The position numbers and the translations under genes were made by a program. The notes beneath the pieces are model-generated. The model ran no database searches. It saw only the letters and a program-made list of their open reading frames with translations, and was not told where the DNA came from. A stretch of DNA of 63,850 nucleotides, the filler included, from Octopus bimaculoides (taxonomy: Eukaryota): the NCBI RefSeq assembly GCF_001194135.2. It is 7 parts of 7 records of this genome, joined end to end, with 100 filler letters (N's around TTAATTAATTAA, not from the genome) between each part and the next. Parts side by side here need not be neighbours in the genome. Positions count along the whole stretch, not along the records: positions 19,712 to 45,499 come from NC_069008.1; positions 45,600 to 52,087 come from NW_026403151.1; 5 more parts are not named here. The stretch is one strand, 5' to 3'. Shown here in pieces: positions 39,198 through 50,929 of this stretch. Each line of letters begins with the position of its first letter. Positions within the stretch are counted from its first letter, which is position 1.

Positions 39198-39304
39198 CGC
39201 TTAGAAAAAAAATAAAATAAAAAGTGAAATTCAATTGAATCAAGTAATTGGTTTTATGTACAGTTTATCTCTTTAAAAATGTTGTAAAATGTCCACTTTT
39301 TATG

Positions 39305-39345
39305 CCTCCTCTGTATCTTATTCTGCTGTTTCTCTCTTTTTTCAG
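39305..39345 (+). other. Splice acceptor of the ZNF-C coding exon (exon begins 39346)
   Basis: tcctctgtatcttattctgctgtttctctcttttttcag|atcttcagttgacattg; strong polypyrimidine tract. Confidence 0.7.
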
Positions 39346-39739
39346 ATCTTCAGTTGACATTGACATCAAGGAGTAGTTGACATCAGAGAGATGCATCGTC
39401 CATATTTATCATCATCTAAAGATTGAAAGGAAAATGTTGTACCAAAAAAACAATATAAACGTGTTTAATTAATTCTGTCGTGAATTAAACTGAAACACTT
39501 CTGAAGAAGATAAAACGTTTTCCTTCTTCTTCGTTAGATCCTCATTAAAATTGAACAAACTTACAAAAGTGTCTTACTATATCAATAAAAGTCACAGTTG
39601 CTGGAAATAAAGTAATGAAACTATTGCAAGGAATAAACCGTAGAACTGTGAACAAGTGTAATATCTGAATATTGCGAGAAAAGGAACAGAACTTGCATAA
39701 GGAACTTACATAAGGATTGAAGAGATAAGAAAATCATGA

Positions 39740-40004
39740 CATCACTGAGATATCTGTAAATTGTCATCCTCTCTAGAAAATTGAACTCGGAAAAAACCAT
39801 GTAACTGTATTATCTGTGGTTAATCATTCTCTTTTAATCATTATTTAAATAGGCACAAGCTTATTCATACAGGAAGAAAATCATATTACTGAATATATCT
39901 GTGGTAAATCCTTCTTTCTAAATCATTGTTTAAATAGCCACAAGCTCATTCATACAGGGACAAAAATCACATTGCTGAAGACATCTGTGGTAAATCATTC
40001 GCTC
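39740..40004 (+). pseudogene. Decayed 5' zinc fingers of ZNF-C (about 4 units)
   Basis: Finger remnants with stops and frameshifts: CIICG*SFSFNHYLNRHKLIHTG, ICGKSFFLNHCLNSHKLIHTG, ICGKSFAHGDN. Confidence 0.85.
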
Positions 40005-40970
40005 ATGGAGATAACTACTCATGAACGTGTTAACGTAGATGAGAAGCTACATCACTGTGATATTTGTGGTAAGTCTTTCTCCCGAAATGGTGAAGTAATT
40101 AACCACAGACGCATTCATACAGGAGAGAAACCATATCACTGTGACATCTGTGGTAAATCATTCTCTCATAACGGAAATTTAACAACACACAAGCGTATTC
40201 ATACGAGAGAGAAACCATACCACTGCGATATTTGTGGTAAATCGTTTTCTCATGGAAACAACTTGACCATTCACAAACGTATACATATAGACGAGAAACC
40301 ATATCATTGTGATATCTGTAGTAAATCATTCTCTGGAAGTAGTGACTTAACGAGGCATATACGTATTCATACAGGGGAAAAGCCATATTGCTGTGATGTC
40401 TGTGGAAAATCATTCTCTCAAAACGTAAATTTAACTGCACACAAGCGCATTCATACTGGAGATAAACCATATCAGTGTGATATCTGTGGTAAATCATTCT
40501 GTGATAATGGAGTCTTAACTAAACACAAACGTATTCATTCGGGAGAGAAACCATTTGACTGTGATATCTGTGGTAAATCATTCTCTGAAATTGGTTATAT
40601 GACTAAACACAAACGTATTCATACAGGTGAGAAGCCATATCAGTGTGATATCTGTACTAAATCATTCTCTCAAAAGAGTGACTTAACTATCCACATTCGT
40701 ATTCATACAGGAGAGAAGCCATTCCAGTGTGACATCTGTGGTAAATCATTCTCTCGAAATGGTGAAGTAACTGTACACAAGCGTATACACACAGGAGATA
40801 AGCCATATCAATGTGATATCTGTGATAAATCATTCTCTCAAAACAGTGATTTAACTATACACAAACGTACTCATTCTGGAGAGAAGCCATATCATTGTGA
40901 CATCTGTGATAAATCTTTCTCCCAAAAAAGTAACTTGACTAAACACGTAGCCATTCATTCAGATGTGTAA
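40005..40970 (+). CDS. C2H2 zinc-finger protein (ZNF-C), 11 intact fingers
   Basis: First ATG of ORF 39972-40970 is at 40005; 11 canonical fingers with TGEKP/TGDKP-type linkers; AATAAA downstream near 41355 and 41493. Confidence 0.85.
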   Translation: MEITTHERVNVDEKLHHCDICGKSFSRNGEVINHRRIHTGEKPYHCDICGKSFSHNGNLTTHKRIHTREKPYHCDICGKSFSHGNNLTIHKRIHIDEKPYHCDICSKSFSGSSDLTRHIRIHTGEKPYCCDVCGKSFSQNVNLTAHKRIHTGDKPYQCDICGKSFCDNGVLTKHKRIHSGEKPFDCDICGKSFSEIGYMTKHKRIHTGEKPYQCDICTKSFSQKSDLTIHIRIHTGEKPFQCDICGKSFSRNGEVTVHKRIHTGDKPYQCDICDKSFSQNSDLTIHKRTHSGEKPYHCDICDKSFSQKSNLTKHVAIHSDV

Positions 40971-41099
40971 GTTGTATCACTCTCAAAGTTCATTGTTTTA
41001 AAGCAGGGGTCGACCTTGTGGTCTGTAATCATACTCCTTACAGTTACCTATACAGGGCAGTGTTCACTGACAGTTGCCCTTCCTAGTGCTGACCCTTTT

Positions 41100-41340
41100 G
41101 TGGAGACACATGGCCTAGTGGTTAGAGCAGTGGACTCGCAGTCGAGGGATCACAGATTTGAATCTTAGACTGGGCAATGTGTGTGTTTATGAGTGAAACA
41201 CCCAGGCTCCACGCAACTCCGGCAAAAGGTAATGGTGAACTTCTGCTGACTTTTTTGCCACAACTTTCTCTCACTCTTTCCTCCTACATCTAGCAGGTCA
41301 CCTGCGATGGTCCAGCGTCCATCTAAGTGAGGAACCTAGA
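41100..41340 (+). mobile_element. SINE family C, 5' part, in the inferred 3' UTR of ZNF-C
   Basis: gtggagacacatggcctagtggttagagcagtggactcgc. Confidence 0.7.
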
Positions 41341-41629
41341 TGGGAACAGTTGAAGAATAAATGACATTAGAAGTCAGTAAATGGCAACTAACTTGCACGT
41401 TATCTGCTGCTACAACTAAACCAAGAACAAAAACTCTCTCAATATTTTGTCGTTGATAGCAACAACAATATTTGTTTCTTGTGTATGAAAAGAATAAAAT
41501 TTTGTTTATCTACAATCTCATCAAACTCCAGTGTTCTTTTTTGAACAAAGTGTATTGCAAATAATAGAAACAAGACATAAAAGAAAATATTTTACAACAA
41601 AATTTAAGGACATATATTCTTTTATCTTT

Positions 41630-41890
41630 TACTTCTTTCAGTCATTAGGTTGTGGCCATGCTGGAGCACCACCTTGAAGAATTTATAGTTGAATGAACCC
41701 ATGCCAGTACCTATCAGTGTCTTTTGTTGAACCACTAAGTTACAGGGTTGTAAACACACTAACAACAGTTGTCAAGTGCTGATGGGGGGACAAACATACA
41801 CACATAGACAATGGACTTCTTTTCAGTTTCCATCAATTCAAGGCTGTAGTAGAAGACACTTGCCCAGGGTGTCACGTAGTGAGACTGAAC
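41630..41890 (-). mobile_element. SINE family B, degenerate
   Basis: tggccatgctggagcacc...ttttgttgaaccactaagttac...ttcagtttcc...agaagacacttgccc. Confidence 0.7.
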
Positions 41891-42079
41891 CCTACCATTT
41901 GGTTGGGAAGGTGGATGTCCTTCCAAACACCAACCACTTTACAGTGTGGACTGGATGCTTTTTATGTGACACCAGCACCAGTGAAATCTATTTTGGCACG
42001 ATTTTTACAGCTGGATGCCCTTCCGAATGCCAACCAATTTACAGTGTGGATTAGATGCTTTTTATAAGTATGAAATGAG

Positions 42080-43520
42080 TGAAGAACGACCTCAGGATGC
42101 TGAACCTTTCTGGTGGGATGACAAAGGACCAAGATGCCTGGTACCTTGCTGTGCCCCAGAAGACCCATACTCTGCAGTAGAAGTGCTAAGACCAGTTCCT
42201 CGGCTGATGAGGATTGACCTGCAAGAGTCCTGGTCTGATGCCATGTAAAAAGCACTCATGGCAGTGTCACGAAAAAGTACCCAGGTGGTACTGTGTATAA
42301 GCACCCATGTGCTACTGTGCATAAGCACCCATGTGCTACTGTGCATAAGCACTTGTGCAGTGTCACATATAAGCACCTGTGCAGGGCCATGTAAAAGGGC
42401 AAAGAACCAATGCTGGTTGCATTTAAAGGGCACCTGTGCCAGTGACATACAGAAGACCCTGGAGATTGATTGCAGATGTAGTCTGGCTGCTGGAGTCCTG
42501 TACTCTCAATGGAAGCCCATTTGGTGCCACTGCTTTATCTCCCAGATGAAGTTTTGCATCTAAAATATATTGGCCCTCTCCATTCTTTTCTATGGAGCAG
42601 AAACGTGGCCCCTTTCAAACACCCTGGCAAAGATGATTGACAGCTTCATGCTCTTGCTTTATGGGGCTGGGGTCATCCCAAGTTAGTGGTTCCAGAGGCA
42701 TCATCATGCATAGACATATCACTGATACAGGTACCTTCTATGTGTCACTGGCACAGGTACCTTCTATGTGTCACTGGCACAGGTGCCTTCTATGTGTCAC
42801 TGGCACAGGTACCTTCTATGTGTCACTGGCACAGGTACCTTCTACATGTCACCGGCACAGGTGCCTTCTATGTGTCACCGGCACTGGTCATGACTATGAT
42901 TTGACTTAGCTCTCCGTCACTGCTGGTCCTGTGCCAGCCCCTCTGAATCCTACAAGGAAACATTGAGCTTCAGGAGATCTTCCCCAATCACATTCAGCCA
43001 TCAGATGTGGGGCCTGACACAAGGCCTCTTCCAACCTGCATCTTCTGCATTGAATGAGAGTAAAGTCCTGGTAGGAAACTTGACCCCAAAGATCAACCAC
43101 AGATGTGGTCTGGCGATTGGGGTCATGTACTTCCTATGGCATCACTGCTCTGTCTCCCAGATGAAGCTCCACATCTACAATGCATTGGCCCTCTCCATCC
43201 TCCTCTATGGAGCAGAAATGTGGCCCTGCTGGAAGACCCTGGCAAAGAGGATTGACGGCTTTGGTAGCAGAGTCCTGAGAACCATTAAGAACATCAGATG
43301 GTACCATCATGTTCGCAACAAAGAACTGTGTGTGTACACACATCAGCCTGCAGCCTACCACATAATAGTTATCCGTTGCATGCGCTGGTAAGAACACGTC
43401 CTTCATCTCCTGCTAAGTCCTCCTGCCAGGGCTTTACTCCCATTCATCACAGCAGCTGTGGACTGGGAGAAGCCTTGTAGCAGGTCCCACATCAAATTCT
43501 TTTACAGGGCTTAGAAAAAC
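42080..43520 (+). mobile_element. Composite of RTE-type LINE fragments and LINE-UTR-derived minisatellites
   Basis: KNDLRMLNL...MTKDQDAW at about 42085-42170; LSILLYGAE(T/M)WP segment present twice (about 42470-42645 and 43085-43290). Confidence 0.7.
42726..42883. repeat. 26-bp minisatellite, 6 copies
   Basis: Unit gcacaggtaccttctatgtgtcactg; CAG anchors at 42728, 42754, 42780 and onward. Confidence 0.9.
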
Positions 43521-43731
43521 TGAAGGACCACTGCAATAAGTGTGTGGATCTGTGAGGGCAACATGATTATCTGTTTCTCCTGTATTTTCTTTTACCAAAA
43601 GCCAGTAACTATCATGCACCCCCTCATACAAAGAATATTTTCAACAAATCATCTCAATATTTTTCTCCTGGACATATTTGCTTATGATTAACATGGTTTT
43701 TTAATGTTTAATTTTCCACAAATTTCATGTA

Positions 43732-44309
43732 TGTGGTCTGATCAATAAGTATCCAGACTGTTGTCATAGTAACAAAGCTAAAACATGTCGAGTGAAGCTG
43801 CTAGGCACAGATTGACCTTGAACTCTGATGTGCATGCACAATAAGCTCTATCTCACTTCCGCTCTTTACAGCAGTGCTTGGAAGGAACATGTGTAGTGTG
43901 TGATTGTCACATTGACCATGACAGAGGAAGCTGAGCAGAGATTCTGCATCAAATTTTGCCAAGAGGTTGGCGATACCTGCTCAGAGGCCTATGCATAGTT
44001 TTGTAAAAGTTTTCATTGTCCTCGACACAAGGAGATCTTGGGCAACTGAAACCTGAGTGTCCTTTTGGTCAGCTGAAAGCAGTTTTGGCATAAACTTATC
44101 AGACACACGTCTCGTACCCAAATCTTCATAGCTAATCTGCACGTCCTCTGATAACTCACGGATGGTGATCTGATGATTTCTTTTCACAGCTGCATGCACA
44201 TTTGTGAAGTTTTTCTCAGTTCTGCTGGTTGAAGGTCAAACAGCTTCATTCTGCATGCTTTAGCTTCGTTACTATGGCAACAGTCCAGATATTTATTGAT
44301 TAGACCTCG
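43732..44309. mobile_element. Rearranged mariner derivative with two left ends
   Basis: About 55-bp TIRs with TA flanks; + strand MTEEAEQRFCIKFCQ, - strand ITIRELSEDVQISY...RRVSDKFMPKLLS. Confidence 0.75.
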
Positions 44310-45671
44310 TATATGTACTCAAGATCTGTCCTCCATAGTAGAATTGTTAAGGCTGCATCTCCTGGTGACAGCAGCGGCTTGTGTATGGGCACTGCGGACC
44401 TGCAGCACCCCCTATTTCCACTCAGTATTATCGATAACATTCAATGTAATGAGTCCTTTTTTCTTTAATTCCTTCTTTATACCCTCAAGCTTAATGTCAG
44501 TAGCCGTCCCCTTGTTTATGATAAAAATAGAAAAATCATTGTATAGAACTATGTGCTTCATAGTTCCAGCAATGTGGTGTTTGGCTGCTGAGCACATGCT
44601 CACATGTCCAAAATAGGAAGCTGCCCACTAGGGACAGAGAGCACTGTGGTTCACACAGTGCCGACCCTGGTGTGCTGGTAAAAGCAGTGTTTCATTTTGA
44701 CTCCACATATGTGTTGTACTTAAAAACGTGTTTATATTCTTGAATGTAATAACATGTAGAATTAGATTGTTATCCTGCTTCCTGCTAGTGTTGTGTCTAG
44801 GGTTTGGAAAATAGGGCAGATTTCCCCTCACACCCATATTTTGTAATTTAGGGGTATTTTTGAAAAAACAAGGGGGGAATTTGCAGAAGTGTTCAGTGAA
44901 CAAATTAAACACACTACCCACCAGTGGCTAAAACATGAACTGATCAAGTTTATGTATCCATTTTCTTTTTATATGTTGTTTCCTTTTACACAATATTAAA
45001 ACAACAGCTAAAAATTTTCTGAAGCAGCACCACTCCTAATTTTATCAACGAGCCGCCATTGCCTGGTGAAAAGGATTAGCCTACAGCAGTCCTGTGCTGG
45101 TGCCATGTAAATGTGCTCATACCAGTGCCACATTAAAAGCACCCAATACACATTGTGAAGTGGTTGGCATTAGAAAGGACATCCAGCCATAGAAACCAAG
45201 CCAAATCAGACTGGAACCTGGTGCAGCTCTCCAACTTCAGTCAACCAATCCGACCCATGCCAGCATGGAAAAAGAGATGTTAAAGGACGATGATGAAGAT
45301 GATGATGTATAAAGAAGAATACTGAATCCATTGCAATTTTTGATAGACAAAATTTTATTCTTTTCATACACAAAAATATGAGCAATGTTGGTGCTATGAA
45401 TGACAAAATGCCAAGAGAGTTTAAATGTTATTGTTATAACAGTGAGTAAGTTAAATGATTGTCGTTGTGTTGCTGTTGTTGATCGTTCATTGTGGTTGTN
45501 NNNNNNNNNNNNNNNNNNNNNNNNNNNNNNNNNNNNNNNNNNNTTAATTAATTAANNNNNNNNNNNNNNNNNNNNNNNNNNNNNNNNNNNNNNNNNNNNT
45601 GTAATGTTCAGGGATCACTTATATGCCATGGAAACCTGCGGTTGAATAAAAAAGAAAATAATGTATAGATT

Positions 45672-45840
45672 AGATGTGGCTGTGTGGTAAGAAGCTTGCT
45701 TCCCAGCCACAAAGTTCCAGGTTCAGTTCCACTGCATGGCACCTTAGGCAAGTTTCTTCTACTATAGCCTTAGGCCGATCAAAGCCTTGAGTGGATTTAG
45801 GAAACGGAAACTGAAAGAAGCTTGTCATGTGTGTGTGTGT
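45672..45840 (+). mobile_element. SINE family B, 5' half
   Basis: gtggctgtgtggtaagaagcttgcttcc...ccttaggcaagtttcttctactatagcc. Confidence 0.75.
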
Positions 45841-46029
45841 ATGTATGGATACAGAGAGAGGAAAATAAAGATTCGTACATGTCATAATTACTTATTTAAT
45901 TAATTTCTAATGAACATAAATGGGATATACCAGTACTATATTTGCATACACATGCATAAACTAAGAATATGCAAAAGAAACTAATAAATTATAGAAACTA
46001 ATGAATTTATATTCAATTATAAATATCTA

Positions 46030-46862
46030 GGGCTGAAAAAAGTATTCGTACAGAATAAATTTATGACTTTGTATGCCACAAAATACTGTTAAAATGATTT
46101 TTTTTTTCTAGAACTTTCTCATTTGTTCCAATAATCTTATCAGTGGTCATTTTTAAGTGTCAAAACGCTAGCTTCTTCATTCAGCACTGAGACAACATTT
46201 AGTAGCGCCGTAATAATGGCGAAAAGTAAAGAACTCACAAATTCAGTGAAAAACTTAGTTATTGAACAGTGGAAAGCAGTTAAAAGTTACAGGAAAATAT
46301 CAGAGACCCTTTTTCTACCATATCTTCATTTATTCAAAGAAATAAAAAGTCGGGAACAGAATAAAATCCGTGCAAGATTTCCAAAAAACGCAATGATCAC
46401 CAGAAAGGAGTTGCAAGAAGATTTGTTAGCTTCAGGGACCAGTGTTACACTATGAACAATCAGCAATGAACAATCAGCAATGAACAATCAGCAATGAACT
46501 TCATAGGAATGAATTGAAGTCATGATCTCCTACAAAAACTCCACCGTTCACTAAAAGGCATAGAGATGCACGTTTAAAATTTGGAGGTGGCAACATCATT
46601 GTGTAGGGATGTTTCTCTGCAAATGGCACTGGCAATTTACATGTGATAGATGGTAGAATGAATGCAGAGATGTACCAAAATATTTTGAACAATAATTTAT
46701 GGGACTCTGTAGAAAAGCTCCAGCTTTGTGAAGGGTGGGTTTTACAACAGGAAAACGACCGTAAGCACACAGCAAAGTCTACCAAAAATGGATTGTCAAT
46801 CACAATATAAAATTATTAGAATGGCCAAGCCAGTCACCTGACTTGAATCCCATTGAAAATTT
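46030..46862 (+). mobile_element. Tc1 (DD34E) transposase pseudogene
   Basis: MAKSKEL...SYRKIS, GGGNIIV.GCFSANGTG, QQENDRKHT, EWPSQSPDLNPIENL; 14-bp triplication at 46451-46497. Confidence 0.85.
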
Positions 46863-47012
46863 GCCTGCCTGTTTTGGAGTGGAGGTCAATGTACGCTTTT
46901 AAAATGTACATCTCGACTGCTAGAAATAGTAACCAAATCACTCAGATTACACGCTAGCATTTTCAAATATTATCTCTGAAAGAGGCCAGATGTTCGGGAG
47001 GAAGGATTAGTG

Positions 47013-47578
47013 GGTAATCTTCCAGTTTAGGGGGGTAAAAAATTAAATAAAAATATACAAGGGAAATAACTTAACGTCTTACTAATATTATCCGTACAAC
47101 TCTGAAATGTGTTTTTTTTTTTTTAGCTGTTTATAAATAAATCACCCTTGTTTTATTTGTTTTTTTTTTAACAAGTCCGCATGGTACTAAACAATCCTCG
47201 CAGGTAAACTTATTCCTAATAAGCCCACGGCGCGCACACCATTCCAACATTTTGTGTCTTGAACTGCTGCATAATTCACCAATATTCTTCTAATATGATT
47301 AATTGACGAGTGAGTATTTCATTTTCAGGAACGATAAGTTGTTGTGCAGCCAGTCTTCCACGAGGCATTTTCGATCTCTCAGCCGGTACTATGATATTCA
47401 ATGACGTGTGTGATTTATATATAAACAGTTAACTTCAATCAAATCACGGGTGTGATTTATTTATAAACAGCTAAAAAAAAAACATTTCATAGTACAGATA
47501 ATACTAGTAAGACGTTAAGTTATTTCCCTTGTATGTTTTTTATTTACTATTTTTACCGCCCTAAACTGGAAGATTACC
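47013..47578 (-). mobile_element. Internally deleted Merlin-like DNA transposon
   Basis: About 85-bp TIRs starting GGTAA, 9-bp TSD GGATTAGTG; internal LEWCARRGLIRNKFTCEDCLVPCGLV resembles a transposase N-terminal Zn ribbon. Confidence 0.75.
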
Positions 47579-47712
47579 GGATTAGTGTATGCTAAATAGA
47601 AAAGTAAATCTAATCACGGCATAATTCACAAAAATGTAAACTGATATCAAGGGAAATAACTCTTATAGCAGATAGAACAAGTCTTCTCCCTTACTTGAGA
47701 TATTGGATTGGC

Positions 47713-49620
47713 TGTGAAGGGTATAGTCGAAGGAATCTACCCTAGTACTTATATTGTCAGGGATAACCTATAAACACTTAGCTGCCAAGGGTGGGGTGGG
47801 GGGTACCCAACCGCGTTGTTTACAGATTGATGCGAGCAACAACTATCGCTAAACCATCTGTGCTACAAACATCCACACCAGATCGATTAAAACGAGAAAA
47901 ACTGAAGCACAGAAGCGATAGGTATTAATAATGGCATACATGGAGAACGATAAGGCATGTGGAACAAAACGTGCAAGCAGGAAACAATGTAGGAAAAAGA
48001 CATGTAAAGTAAACATGTGGCATGCAAAACATGTAAGTAAGAAAGACAATGCAAACGTGTGAAAAAAATAGATGTGTTCAAAAGTGTCAACGGTGTTTGT
48101 TTAAACATAAACAGGCTGTTTAAATGTCGACAGTTTTAGAAAGTTTGCGAGGCCACCCGTGGTTTTGTAAGGTTTAGAAGGTGGGGGTGTTTGCAGATGT
48201 GTGGGATGTGGTAGTGTAGAAGGTGGTTGTGAAGGCTGAGTGAATGTGGGAGGGGTATGAGGCACCGGAGTGTGAGTATCAGAAAACGCCTTCTTAAGTC
48301 TATCTACAGAGTTTTTTTTTCTACCATTAACGTCTATAGTGAAAAGTTTGTCAGTTTGTGTGAGGACTCGATAGAGTCATGTATATGGTGGTGAGGGGTC
48401 CCTTCACAGAGTCATTTCGTAAGAATACGTGGGTCCACGAAGCAATGTCCTTCGGGATCGCAGATTTCACTGTTTGAGGCCCGAGTGTTCATCGGTGGAA
48501 GACGTAACAAAGTATGACTGCAATCCGGTCGACGTACATAGAAAGATCTTGGTTAGATGTGTCCGCAGGTGCCAACATCTGGCCAGGCAAAAATAACGGT
48601 ACTCCATAGACTAGTTCAGTGGAACAAAAACCCAGAACCACTTTGACGGAGGACCGACAGCCTAAAAGTACTCGGTCCATCCTTGCGGGTCTGGTGATGC
48701 ACGCAGGGCTGCTTTTAGCTGACGGTGGAATCGCTCCACCATCCCGTTTGAAGCCGGGTGGTAACTGGTCGTGTGCAGATGTTGCACTCCCAATAGGTGT
48801 GACAGTTCTCGGAAAAGATTGGACTCAAACTGCCGTCCTCGATTGGTGGTGATCCTTGAGGAAACACCAAAACGAGTTATCCCGCCTGATATTAAAGAAC
48901 GAGCTACGGTCTCGGAAGAAATGTCGACCAAAGGTATAGCCTCTGGCCAACGAGAAAACCGGTCAACACAGGTCAGGATATACGTATATCCACCACTGAC
49001 GGATCAAGGACCAACACACACACAGGGTGCAGTGAATAAATTATTGCCTAAATTACGCAAAAATGTGACATAAACAAGTGTCCGGTTGATCGAATTTTCC
49101 CAATGGAGCAATACTAGGTCGATCCATCTTAGAATACAGGAACAAGTCCAGGTGGTGAGGTGTCGGCGCATGTCTGGCCAGAAAAACCGAGCTCTGATGA
49201 GCTTGACAGAGGCAGAAATTCCTGGATGCGATAAGGAATGCAAAACGTCAAACGATCCGGTGAGGACTCAGAGGAACAAACGGTCGCGGTGGTCCGGTGG
49301 ATACATCGCAAAGGATATTATCGTCCGCAGTTGATAGGGGTAAGTATTCGAACTGACAATGCAAAAAACTTAGGTGATGAGATGTCAATTGAACTTAGTG
49401 GAGGTTGGTCGGAAGCCAAGGTAACCAAATCCAATGTAGCTGGAGTTAAAGCAGAAACAGAAAGTCTGAATAACGCGTCTGCTGGAATATTTTCTGAGTC
49501 TGCGATGTGACGGATGCCGTGCGTGAACTGGGATATATGGATGGGTGACTGCTGGTCTTCCACAAACAACTTTGCCTAGACTTGTACCTAAAGGGAAACT
49601 TTCTAGGTGCAATTTCATAG
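47713..49620 (-). mobile_element. Gypsy LTR-retrotransposon remnant (RNase H end plus integrase, CsRn1-like), possible short 3' LTR at about 47713-47870
   Basis: ISQFTHGIRHI..SENIPADAL, HSLSHPGISASVKLIRARFFWP, RITTNRGRQFES...TTSYHPASNGMVERFHRQLK; frameshifted. Confidence 0.85.
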
Positions 49621-49671
49621 TCATTTGTAACGGAAGGGGGTCTTTATCCTTTATATACATGTTAATTTGTA

Positions 49672-50041
49672 GTGGAGGCGCAATAGCCTAGTGGTTAGGG
49701 CAGCGGACTCGCGGTTTCGATTCCCAGACCAGGCGTTGTGCGTGTTTATTGAGCGAAAACACCTAAATTTCCACGAGGCTCCGGCAGGGGATGGTGGCGA
49801 ACCCTGCTGTACTCTTTCACTACAACTTTCTCTCACTCTTTCTTCCTGTTTCTGTTGTGCCTTTAACTCAAAGGGCCAGCCTTGTCACACTCTGTGTCAC
49901 GCTGAATATCCCCGAGAACTACGTTAAGGGTACACGTGTCTGTGGAGTGCTCAACCACTTGCACGTTAATTTCACGAGCAGGCTGTTCCGTTGATCGGAT
50001 CAACTGGAACCCTCGACGTCGTAAGCGACGGAGTGCCAACA
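49672..50041 (+). mobile_element. Young full-length SINE family C with 15-bp TSD
   Basis: ACATGTTAATTTGTA at 49657-49671 and 50042-50056; tRNA-like head gtggaggcgcaatagcctagtggttagg. Confidence 0.9.
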
Positions 50042-50320
50042 ACATGTTAATTTGTAAAGAACATTTTACTACAGCTGTCACAGTGGAATGGTTTTTCTCC
50101 TGTATGAATACGTTTATTAATCAGTAAGTTACTCTTTAAAGAGAATGCACCCCCCTCCACACACACACAAACATCACACAGGGATGGTTTCTCACCTGTG
50201 TTATTAAACCTATGTACTGACATTGAACTACTAACAGAGGAGGTTTTGCCGCAGATATTGCAATGGTATGGTTTTTCTCCCATATAAATACACTAGTGTG
50301 CAAATGAAGAATTAACAGAG

Positions 50321-50666
50321 GCGTAGGAGTGGCTGTGTGGTAAGCCTTGGCAAGTGTCTTCTACTATAGCTTTGGGACGACCAAAGCCTTGTGAGTGGAT
50401 TTGGTAGACGGAAGCTGAAAGGAGCCTGTCGTGTATATATATGTGTTTGTGTGTGTGTATGTGTTTGTGTGTCTGTGTTTGTCCCCCCTACATAGCTTGA
50501 CAACCGATGCTGGTGTGTTTATTCCACTGTAACTTAGTGGTTCGGCAAAAGAGACAGATAGAATAAGTACTAGGCTTCCAAAGAATAAGTCCTGGGGTCA
50601 ATTTGCTCGACTAAAGGCGGTGCTCCAGCATGGCCACAGTCAAGTGACTGAAACAAGTAAAAGAGG
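50321..50666 (+). mobile_element. SINE family B inserted in ZNF-D
   Basis: gcgtaggagtggctgtgtggtaag...gactgaaacaagtaaaagag; possible AACAGAG duplication. Confidence 0.85.
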
Positions 50667-50691
50667 GCAACAGAGAATCTTTTACCACATA

Positions 50692-50929
50692 CAGGGGTGG
50701 CCCAAAAGTAGGTTCACACTTCTTACGTAGGCACTTTTAAATTTCTTTTAAAACATTTTATTACATTTAAATTTCTATCTTACAAAGTGAAAAGGGAGCT
50801 TGACAAAATTAAACTAAATTAGCATAGAATAATGGTTTCATTTGGTTTTAATAATTAAGAAGTAAATGTTAATATACGAATGCAAACGAGCAAGTTGAAT
50901 AACTGTAAACCTACTTTTGGACCGCTCTG
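50692..50929. mobile_element. Tc1/mariner-type MITE inserted in ZNF-D
   Basis: TIR cagggg.ggcccaaaagtagg / cctacttttggaccgctctg, TA TSD. Confidence 0.8.

Noticed and set aside
49192-49230. CTGATGA...GAAA on the + strand
   Set aside because: Antisense to Gypsy integrase codons, with no stem I or III; coincidental. The same applies to 39500-39520 and 42203-42230.
49672-49745. tRNA-like sequences at SINE heads
   Set aside because: They continue into SINE bodies with a TSD and lack a complete cloverleaf, so they are not tRNA genes.
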